Shown here: positions 47,852-57,373 of the stretch, in pieces
Layout of the letters: each line of letters starts with the position of its first letter
How positions within the stretch are numbered: position 1 is the first letter of the stretch
Assembly: GCA_032718475.1 (NCBI GenBank)
Contig: JAUCBJ010000895.1
Coordinates: 1 to 57,373, forward strand
Source of the DNA: Nemertoderma westbladi
Lineage: Eukaryota > Animalia > Xenacoelomorpha
Length of the DNA stretch: 57,373 nucleotides
Direction of reading: 5' to 3'
Translations under genes and position numbers: made by a program
Notes under the pieces: generated by a model
Database searches by the model: none
What the model saw: only the letters and a program-made list of their open reading frames with translations
What the model was told of the DNA's origin: nothing

Positions 47852-47922
47852 TGCTGGGCGACGGATCGAACCTGGGATCTCCAAGCCAGATGCGGAAGGT
47901 GTAACCACTTCATTAGCTGATC
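47852..47922 (-). ncRNA. tRNA-like (Pol III A/B box) sequence, not a canonical tRNA
   Basis: Minus strand: TAATGAAGTGG (A-box-like)...GGAGATCCCAGGTTCGATCC (B-box / T-loop) at tRNA-like spacing; acceptor stem poor. Confidence 0.45.
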
Positions 47923-48917
47923 TGGTTGGCTAGTTTATGCTGCTGCTGATATACATGTCAACGTCTGCGTGGCTTAATTACAAGGAAATTATAAACAAAT
48001 ATACAATAATAAAGTTAACAGTGCTAAATAACATTAATTTGTGTTTAGAATTGAAACGTTACAAACGTTAATAATTTTAAGATATTTACTATAACTAGCT
48101 TTACAATAACTGGTAAAACAAAATATTATATGTGTTGGTGGATTATTTAAGAATTTATGTGCACATTTCATGGGCTATCGATTAATATAATGAAATTTGT
48201 GAAATTCCAACAATATATTACATTTTTTAGCATCAATATTTTCTCATCAGTAGTCGCTTTCGTTATGTTGCAATTTTGCAATGTAACCATAGTGTACTGA
48301 ACCTCGTGGCTTTATTTACACGAACTCATTACGTTCGTTCATGAAACAAACCATTCGGGTCAGCACACTTAAAATGCTAATTTACACATTAAGTATTTAT
48401 AGTTAATATTTATTACGCAAAATAGGTTTTAAAATTTTAAAATGGTGATTTTTTAATAAATATTTATTTTAAACGAGACTTTATAATAAATTGGAAGGAT
48501 ATTCCTAAATTTGTATTTCACAAATTAAATTATAATAATTTTTGACAACATAGATTATTTTATATATATTTTTTTATATATATTTTTTATATATTTTATA
48601 GCGCTCGCTTTGTTTTTGTAACGATAGGCCTACTAAATAGTTTATTATTTTGGTTAGATTAGCAACTTTGGATTTTAGAGAAAATATGCTATTATTTAAA
48701 TGGGTGTAAATCGTAAAGTCAAATATAACAGAAGAAATCCTGGCATACTTCATATGTTAAATACTTTAATACAATAAATAGTTGCTACAGACATTGGTTT
48801 TGTAATTTAAATGTGCTACTTTGTTGACTTAAATGGTGATCTCAGAAATAAGGCAAAATATAGTTTATTAAAATAATTAATTAAAAATATTCTAAACACA
48901 TTGAATTATTTTCTTTA

Positions 48918-50602
48918 TAGATGCGTCGAAATGGGCAAATTATTTGCCTTAGTTCTCCATACGGTGGTGGAGGTCGGCTCCATTCTGGCATTTATGCAAG
49001 ATGTCAGCGTTGGGGGGTTTATAGCTATCATAAACCCAAGATACGAGGGGGAGAGTTCGTTCCCAGTAGTATCCACTAAGGACGTCGTCATACCGATGAC
49101 AGAGGTGGAAGACGACCGGAGGGAATTTCCTCTCCCGCCCTCAATAGTTAACTGTGGGATGAATTCCTTTGCCGTGCTATCTTCCATCGATGTACGGGTA
49201 ACGAACATCGGATACGAGGATCCTGTGTGCCCCAGGCCGCTGTGCGACTCAAGGACAGGCGTCACCTGCTGCTGCCTGTCAGCAGCGGCTACCACGAACT
49301 GGGTGTTTGTCATGGAGGTAACCGCAGTCCTACTAAAAACCGCAATTTACCGCAACTAACCGCAATTTACCGCAACTAGTTGTTATTTTCAAGCAGCTGC
49401 ATGGTCTAGTGGCGAAATTTCTGGGCTTCAGATTAGGAGGCCCCTGTTCGATCCCTTGCTGCCTTGACCGTGTAGCACTGTTTTCTGTTTGTGTAGTGTT
49501 TTAAAAACAGTCCTACGAATTACCCCAAACCCAAATACCCCGAAATACTTGTTTTTCACTCTCGTTTATTGTTTTGGTTAGAAAAACTTGCCACTGTAAC
49601 CTGTTCCTTTCCCTCACCATTTCTAAACATTGTTGGCTTATTTTGGGGTACCGGTAATAGCTGAATAGTGTAGCCTTTTTGTGGTATTTTGTGACTATTT
49701 TGGGGTAGGCCTAATTCGTAAGACCCTCTAACAGTCTAATGCAGTAATGTTAACATATATTGGTTTTATAGGCCTATTGATCACATTACAGCATTAATTG
49801 TAAATTTTGTCGTTTTTAAAACACTGCAAAAAACAGTGTTGCCTGGTCAAGGGATCGAACCAGGGCCTCCTACGTGGAAGCCTAAGGTTGTCACCACTAG
49901 ACCACAAGGCTGCTTAAAAATGACAATTAGTTGCAGTAAATGGCGGTTAGTTGCGGTAAATTGCGGTAAGATGCGGTAAATTGCGGTTAGTTGCGGTAAA
50001 TTGCGGTTTTTAGTAGGACCCAGTAACCACCCCCGGTCTCCAAGATTTTAAAGGCGATAAACACACCAGACGATAATTAGTACCACAAAATAACTTTCAA
50101 ATATAGTTTGAGACTTCAAAATGTTTCAGATTTAGTCATTAAAAACGTATGTTAATTCTAGTAAAAGTTAAGGGATTTGAATATTGAGTATTTCTGTGAA
50201 TACAGACTCAGACACACACGGGCACGATGTTACTCCCCCCCATATTTCCCAGTCCCACCGTTGTTAACAACAGTTATTGTATAATGTTGGTGTGTTTTTT
50301 TCATATCGAGGCGATTTACGTCGCTATTCGTAACCCCTGAGATGTTGCGAACGTCGCTGGCCAAGCTTCAACTCGAGGACGTCGACGCTGTGGAGGCGTT
50401 CGTAGCCGAGAGTATCACGGGAATCAACAACGCCGGGGGTTGGTGTATAGTTGGGTGGGTTAAACTGGGAAAGTCTGCCGATAGCGACCTCCCGCTCCCA
50501 TCCCTCCCAACGGTGCATGTTACGTCGGCGACACCAATCCAGGCCGTCGAGCTGGATCGACACAATGCTGCAATGTCCGGCTGGGGCTCCAGCCCGGGGT
50601 GA
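48918..50602 (+). pseudogene. Unknown Cys-rich protein gene interrupted by a MITE
   Basis: Acceptor-like TTTTCTTTATAG; ORF ...CPRPLCDSRTGVTCCC...MEVT is cut at 49325 and would read EVTAPGL across the empty site; a later piece reads ...GINNAGGWCIVGWVKLG...; it is followed by a 24-bp repeat (RGGAAVGD) at about 50665-50800. Confidence 0.5.
49325..50021. mobile_element. MITE with about 185-bp TIRs containing tRNA-like sequences and a nested inner inverted-repeat unit
   Basis: GTCCTACTAAAAACCGCAATTTACCGCAAC... and its reverse complement; GGTAACCG / AGTAACCA imperfect 8-bp flanking duplication; inner IR GTCCTACGAATT (49510) / AATTCGTAAGAC (49713). Confidence 0.85.
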
Positions 50603-50800
50603 GATGGGCCCCATCAATCAGAGGAGGTGGTGGTCCGGCGCTGGCTGAGAGAGGCCACAGTGCACGCGGTGGCGCAGCGAGGGCTCAGGGGCGCGGTGAT
50701 GCAGCAGTCGGCAACAGGGGTGGCGCAGCACTCGGCGACCGGGGTGGCGCAGCAGTCGGCGACCGGGGAGACGCAATAGGCGGTGACCGGGGTGGCGCAC

Positions 50801-50841
50801 AAAGTTATACAACGCGTGCGCCGCACGCGTTGTATAACTTT
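50801..50841. repeat. Perfect palindrome with 20-bp arms and a 1-nt spacer
   Basis: AAAGTTATACAACGCGTGCG-C-CGCACGCGTTGTATAACTTT. Confidence 0.95.
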
Positions 50842-50909
50842 ATATAATATTTGTATAACTATTTTATATAGGTCAGGGTGTAGGTACCGGTACCGGCAGA
50901 CCAGTATTT

Positions 50910-52259
50910 CAGTAGGGGAAGGGGGGTCATTAAAGGACAGAGGGCATTAAGGGACAAAATTTTGTTTTCATGGCCCTGTCTCTTGAAATAAAAGCAATTC
51001 AATTTTTTTTAAATTCAGATTGGCTGCAGATTAGAGCCCTATCCAAATACTACATAATATTACTGTTTTCAATTATGCAACTAAATTTCAATTTCTAAAA
51101 CTACTTTTCCAATTGAAACAATAAAGTTTCCCTAAAACTTTGGAGTCAATAGTTTTGGCCCCGGCACACAGCCTAACCATCACTACATAGGTCAGTCTTG
51201 GTTTCATTTTGTGGAAACAACATTAAAATAGCATATTTTGTTATTGTTTTTAAAAATTTTAAATATAATTTCATGTTGAAATGGCTTTTTAACTATTGAG
51301 TATTTTTTTCGCATTTTGTGGGCATTAAGGGTCAATGGCACATTGTCACTTAAACCTTTATTCAGAAACACATACTCCAGTACTCACTTTAGATTATGCC
51401 TGCAGTGCTTTGTTAGGCTTTTATTAGCTTATTAGCAAAGACATACCGGTATCTAGATTGACCATGGTTAAGCGTTACAAAGTTGGGAAGTCTCGCGGTT
51501 GTTCTAAAGGGAAGAGAGTCAAGGAGCGTATAAACTGGTCGAAGAACCCACAGCTAGTCAATGCGCTAAAAGCCTATAAATCGAATCCAACTCTCACTCT
51601 CAGAGAAGCGGCTTCAATTTATAATGTCCCCAGGAGTATTACAAAGGCGAAGCTCTGGAGCGCTGGATACCAATGTTGCGGTGGGGATGCCTACTGTCCT
51701 TTCCGAGTTAGAAGAGAAATACTTGACTGCGGCTTGTCGGTTGTCTGAGGAATGGGGGTACCCGCTCACAAAGCACAAACTAATAGAGGCTGTAGCAATG
51801 TATGTAAGGCGAGAGAAACCTATTGAGAACGCTTCTCTTGGAAAGCAACGTAATTCATTTAATGATGGGAAAACCACGAGTTGAGTGTGTGAATGCATTT
51901 ATGCGACGTCATCCTGAACTATCTATAAGGAAAACTGAGCAGCTGAGTAGTTCTATTGGAAAGGCCATGTCTAAAGAGTCAATCTCCAAGTATTTCCTAT
52001 TGCTACATGATACTCTCAAGATACTAAACATTTTGTAAAAACTCAACAAATCTATAATGCTGATGAAACAGGAATGTCAACAGATCCCGAGGATACACTG
52101 GTTATTGCAAGAAAGGGTGCCCAAAACGCAAACCAAGCAATGGTGTGGTAGGGAGCACTGGACAGTAAATTGATGTAGCAGCGCCACAGGGCATATTTTG
52201 CCTCCCCTAACTATATACAAGGGAAAGAACCTGTACACAAGGTGCACATTGGATGGGGA
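50910..52259 (+). mobile_element. Decayed pogo/Tigger-type transposon, 5' part
   Basis: Left-end motif GGGGAAGGGGGGTCATTAAAGGACA / GGGCATTAAGGGACA; HTH (TLREAASIYNVPRS); LSELEEKYL...WGYPLT; FMRRHPELSIRK; IYNADETG; LPPLTIYKGK; many frameshifts. Confidence 0.8.
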
Positions 52260-54695
52260 CCGTGAACGCGGGTGACTTGGACATGTTTTGACAATAAAAT
52301 CGGTCCCACAGATCAGCCATGATGTCGCACCTCAAATTTTATATGCTGATTGTAACAACACACTATCTGTCTTAGATATGTAAATTGCCCAACCCCTCAT
52401 TATAAGGGATTGTGGCATTTTTTTTTAAAACAAAAAATGGTATCCTAGTCATAGTCACACTCCATGAGGGGAGGGTGACTCGGATAACTTTGAAATTGGA
52501 TATTTTGATCCATTCCATACATAGTAGAGGGTGTCTTGGATAGTCTCTGAAGTTTTAAAAAAATTCTACAAGCCAAGCTTGTAAAAACTTGGCTTTTAAA
52601 AAGGCCTTCTAAAAAACTACAAATAACCAAAAAACAATAATTTGCATAGAGATATTGCAAGGCAAGTTATATATACGGTATAATTACAGTGTACCAGTAT
52701 ATATGTATTATTATGATGTATAGGTAGATACTAATATGTGGAGTCAGTGGTATATCATACATCATTGTAAAAACAACAAGAAAACGAAACTAAAAACAAC
52801 TACAATTACCATAATACACCTACAGTATGGGGAGTCAGTGGCATATTCCGTATCAGAATCATAGTTTCCATACTCATATTCCGTATTGGAATCCGAATCA
52901 GAATTCATACTGGTATCAGTATCACAATCAGAATCCGTGTCCAAATCTGAAACATTATCTGTATCAGAATGTTGGCGTTTTGATCCTGAGGTTTGTTGTT
53001 TATCAACAGTGTATCTGGAGCTTTGTTGTTTACCAATAGTATCCTGAGATTTGTTCTTTATGAACAGCGGATCCTGAGGACTGTGGTTCACTGACCAATT
53101 GTCTGTCAACACTAGCTGTAGTGGCGGTTTCTAGAACACTACTTATAGCCACCGTATCACTATTCAACACAACAGGTCTGCCAGGTTGGATATTCTGTTT
53201 CGTGATTTTCTTTCCTCTCCTTGTGGTCACAGTACCAGCAACCTGTGAGTCACCATACAGGGATGTCCTGAGAACATCAATAGTCGAACTATTAAGAACC
53301 CTTACTTGTTCTTCTTCACTGGGAATAACACGAGGTAATCTTGATAATACTTTATCTGTATTGAAAGGGTATATTCCGCTTGCCCTGAATCCCGATTCCA
53401 GATTCGCACTGGAGAGTTTTCCCCACAACCTCGAGATCATTCCTGGGAATTGATTTTTTGGTATACCCTTACTCCATCTTGTGTCACGGTGCCACATTTC
53501 TAGTATTTTCCGCCATTCATGCTTGAGACCTCGGAATACGGATACATCAAGGGGCTGCAATAAGTGTGTTGCATTTGGCAGAAGCGGAATGAATAGAATG
53601 TCTTTCTCAGCACATGTTGCTATCACATCAGGATGGAAATGAGACGCCAAATTATCCCCAATTAGAACCCGGCGGCCAACTAGGTGACTCGTGGCTGGTA
53701 AGAACACATTATAGAACCAGATTGAGAAAGTTGGTTTATTGAACCAACCGGATTTCGTCACATCATATACTGTACTTGGAGGGTCTGCAGCTGAACCGCA
53801 AAACATCAAGCTAGTAGATTGTGATGTGTGATTTATAGTGTGAAACCTTTCGTTCCACTCTTTTAAGGCCCCTGGAGCAGATAACATATATTTCTCCAGG
53901 ATCATCTTTGATGTTGGTCTCGTTGAAATTGAAGATATCTGTGGCGGGACTCCCTCAAGTACAGGTTTAATATTCTCGAAATATTCTTTAACTGAGGTTT
54001 CACGTTTTGCGCAAGTCTGGATGTCAAATTATGGCGTTTTTTGAAATTGTCCAACCAGTCTTTTCCAGGTTTGTTGTTAGGAAACTTACTGGTAACTCCA
54101 TTAGAGTCCAGATACTCTTTCACTAAACAATAAATATCAACCCCTTGTAGAGGAACTTTCCATTTTGTCAATTTACTATCTTGTTCTCTTCTTCGATACT
54201 ACGGATGGTTTGACCCCCGAATTTCTTGTTCTGCATACCAACCATGTACCCTACGCCATAATGTTCCATATGGAACATTGTTCTCGTTAGATGCTGTTAA
54301 TATAGCCTTTCCGTTCAGTGATTCCTCAATTGCTTTTGTCATTTGGTCATCGGAATATTCAGTTTTATATGGTTGTGATCCTGGTCTCCTTTTATATACA
54401 TTAGGCATTGTGCTGTTACACGGTATGGGTATAGAAAGGGAATAGGTGCTCGAAGTAATGTTATTATCGGTAAAGTTTAACTTCATAAAGGCAAAATACT
54501 AGGCCCTACAATTAAGTGGCAGTACCAGTACCATAATAGGCAGGCAGGTACTGGTTCTGTACCGTACTGCTGCAGCCAGACACAGGAGAAAGCCACTAAA
54601 TTTATTAACTACTTTTAATAAATACATTATATATATAAAATATAACTATATAGGTACACCCAGACACAAACTGAAAAACTATCCAAGTCACACGC
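52260..54695 (-). mobile_element. Decayed pogo/Tigger-type transposon with both TIR remnants
   Basis: GCGGGTGACTTGGACA at 52268 and TATCCAAGTCACACGC at 54680; MPNVYKRRPG...NVPYGTL; PGKDWLDNFKKRH; SGWFN; GDNLASH; LLPNATHLLQPLDV; SGFRASGIYPFN; frameshifted. Confidence 0.9.
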
Positions 54696-54696
54696 A

Positions 54697-55767
54697 TATT
54701 AGGGCGGTGCGTTTTTTACTTTTTTTCGATTTCGTTGTTCTACCGGTGTGCAAAAGTTGCCAAATGGTAAAAAATTAAGGCAAAAAAAAATTTCTCTAAA
54801 TTTCATCGATATCTTGACGGATCCCAAGTGGGTTTAATTTTTGAGCTTTCGCGATGCACCACAATTAAATTTATAACAATATAACACATTAATGAAAGAT
54901 CAATGACCCAAGAAAGAACTTCCTGCATGCATCAAATGTCATCAAATGGGTCCAAACTTAGTTTGATACCAAAATTTTAATTTTTTGATCAAGGGAACAA
55001 GTGCCACAGGCACATGGACAGAACCTACCATATCGCAGAGATATCGCAGAAAATGTGAAGTCTGGCACAAGTCTTCATCACCGCCTTGATGCGATATGGA
55101 CAAATCCTCAAAAAATTTTATTTTGAATTATCTCAAGGAACCAAGAATAGACTCAACACAGAAATGATAGATGTAGTGGGTGTAGACCTTTAAAATAAGA
55201 ATAGAGTCATTAGTTCTTGAGTTATTTTACAAAATGTCAAGACTATATCCACCAATTAATACTTGATATTCAGTTGACCCATTCCGTACATTTTGTACAA
55301 AAACAATAGTCAACTAATCACTACTCTTTAATTTTGAAGGTGTCTGTATGTATATACTAAATCCTTTTTTTGCAGTGATGTGTCTATTTTTGATTCCTTG
55401 AGATAATTCAAAATAAAATTTTTTGAGGATTTTTCCATATCGCACCAAGGCGGTAGTGTAGACTTGTGCCGGACTTTTCTGCGATATCTCAAGGACCTAT
55501 TCGCTCTACGTTTGTTTTGAAGGTGTCTACCCCCACTAAATCGGCCATTGCGGTTCTAATGAGCTTAATATTAATGCAGTAGGAGAACTTAAAGTTGGCC
55601 ATCGCGAAATTTTAGAAATATCATCACTTTGTGCCAAATGGTCTTCTGTCCATGTGCCTGTGGCACTAGTTACCTTGATCCAAAAATTAAAATTTTGGTT
55701 TCTAACTAAGTTTGGACCCATTTGATGACATTTGATGCATGCGGGAAGTTCTTTCTTGGGTCATTTT
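54697..55767. mobile_element. Foldback-like element with long modular inverted repeats
   Basis: About 54902-55022 is inverted at about 55645-55766; about 55040-55151 is inverted at about 55382-55488; TAGTGGGTGTAGACC (55174) versus GGTGTCTACCCCCACTA (55522). Confidence 0.7.
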
Positions 55768-57373
55768 ATGGGCACAAGCACCATTATACCACTGGGTACA
55801 AACACAGTTATGGGTACAAACACCATTATTGGCACAAGCACCGTTATACCACTGGGTACAAACACTGTTATACCACTGATTCACCACAAGGTAACCTGTT
55901 ATACCACAAGGTAAAAAACTGTTATACCACAGGGTAAAGCACAAGTATAGCACTTGGTACAAACACCGTTATACCACTGGGTACAAACACAGTTATGGGT
56001 ACAAAAAAACCGTTATGGGCACGAGCACCGTTATACCACTGGGTACAAACACAGTTATGGGTACAAACACTGTTATGGGCACAAGCACCGTTATACCACT
56101 GGGTACAAACACAGTTATGGGCACAAACACCATTATGGGCACGAGCACCATTATATCACCGGGTACAAACACAGTTATGGGTACAAACACCGTTATGGGC
56201 ACGAGCACCGTTATACCACTGGGTACAAACACAGTTATGGGTACAAACACCGTTATGGGCACGAGCACCGTTATATCACCGGGTACAAACACAGTTATGG
56301 GTACAAACACAGTTATGGGCACAAACACCGTTTTGGGCACAAGCACCGTTATACCACTGGGTACAAACACAGTTATGGGTACAAACACCGTTATGGGCAC
56401 GAGCACCGTTATACCACTGGGTACAAGCACAGTTATGGGTACAAACACCGTTATGGGCACGAGCACCGTTATACCACTGGGTACAAACACAGTTATGGGT
56501 ACAAACACCGTTATGGGCACAAACACAGTTATGGGCACGAGCACCGTTATACCACTGGGTACAAACACAGTTATGGGTACAAACACCGTTATGGGCACAA
56601 ACACAGTTATGGGCACGAGCACCGTTATACCACTGGGTACAAACACAGTTATGGGTACAAACACCGTTATGGGCACAAGCACCGTTATACCACTGGGTAC
56701 AAACACAGTTATGGGTACAAACACCGTTATGGGCACAAACACAGTTATGGGCACGAGCACCGTTATACCACTGGGTACAAACACAGTTATGGGTACAAAC
56801 ACCGTTATGGGCACGAGCACCGTTATACCACTGTGTACAGTACAAACACAGTTATGGGTACAAACACCATTATGGGCACGAGCACCGTTATACCACTGGG
56901 TACAAACACAGTTATGGGTACAAACACTGTTATGGGCACAAGCACCGTTATACCACTGGGTACAAACACAGTTATGGGTACAAACACCGTTATGGGCACT
57001 AGCACCGTTATATCACCGGGTAGAGACACAGTTATGGGTACAAACACCGTTATGGGCACAAACACCGTTATGGGCACAAGCACCGTTATACCACTGGGTA
57101 CAAACATAGTTATGGGTACAAACACCGCTATGGGCACGAGCACCGTTATACCACTGGGTACAAACACAGTTATGGGTACAAACACCGTTATGGGCACGAG
57201 CACCGTTATACCACTGGGTACAAACACAGTTATGGGTAAAAACGCCGTTATGGGCACGAGCACCGTTATACCACTGGGTACAAACACAGTTATGGGTACA
57301 AACACCGTTATGGGCACAAACACCGTTATACCACTGGGTACAAACACAGTTATGGGTACACACACCGTTATGG
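55767..57373. repeat. Satellite/minisatellite with 60- and 78-bp higher-order units built from 18- and 24-bp monomers; runs off the window
   Basis: TTATACCACTGGGTACAAACACAG + TTATGGGTACAAACACCG + TTATGGGCACGAGCACCG, with an optional extra 18-mer. Confidence 0.97.

Noticed and set aside
46876-47920. Plus-strand ORFs upstream of the gag-like gene
   Set aside because: Short, partly made of tandem repeats, with no recognisable domain; left unassigned.
49393-49913. Functional tRNA genes
   Set aside because: Acceptor and anticodon stems pair poorly, and both copies lie within MITE TIRs.
55993-57365. Long ORFs in several frames (VPITVF, WVQTPL, MGTNTV, CTHNCV repeats)
   Set aside because: By-products of a stop-poor satellite; a 5-bp insertion near 56835 shifts all frames, and there is no unique N- or C-terminus.
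55767-57373. CRISPR-like array
   Set aside because: No unique spacers, no cas genes, eukaryotic context. The same applies to the 68-, 108- and 45-bp arrays.

Overview
Eukaryotic, probably invertebrate-animal, genomic DNA made almost entirely of nested and decayed transposable elements; no clear intact host housekeeping gene. In order: the 3' part of a nearly intact BEL/Pao LTR retrotransposon (gag-protease, pol, an extra ORF and a 2.1-kb 3' LTR); an RTE-type LINE fragment fused to a decayed Ty3/Gypsy pol; a stretch dense in TACCGGTA/TAGGCCTA palindromes; an orphan DUF4806-like exon; the 5' half of an APE-type LINE; a Ginger1-like MITE; a frameshifted minus-strand ORF carrying an OTU deubiquitinase domain (possibly the N-terminus of a Helitron-like protein), divergent from a BEN-domain gene; a Penelope-like element; a CRE-clade RLE retrotransposon with in-frame minisatellite expansions; three pogo/Tigger-type transposases; two more RTE copies; a gag plus tyrosine-recombinase element lacking RT; an unknown Cys-rich ORF split by a MITE whose two TIRs each contain a tRNA-like sequence; a foldback element; and a 60/78-bp satellite. 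Best candidates for something undescribed: the OTU/BEN/Cys-rich ORF set, the tRNA-in-TIR MITE, and the structured accessory region of the BEL element. Family assignments come from motif recognition by eye, not database searches.
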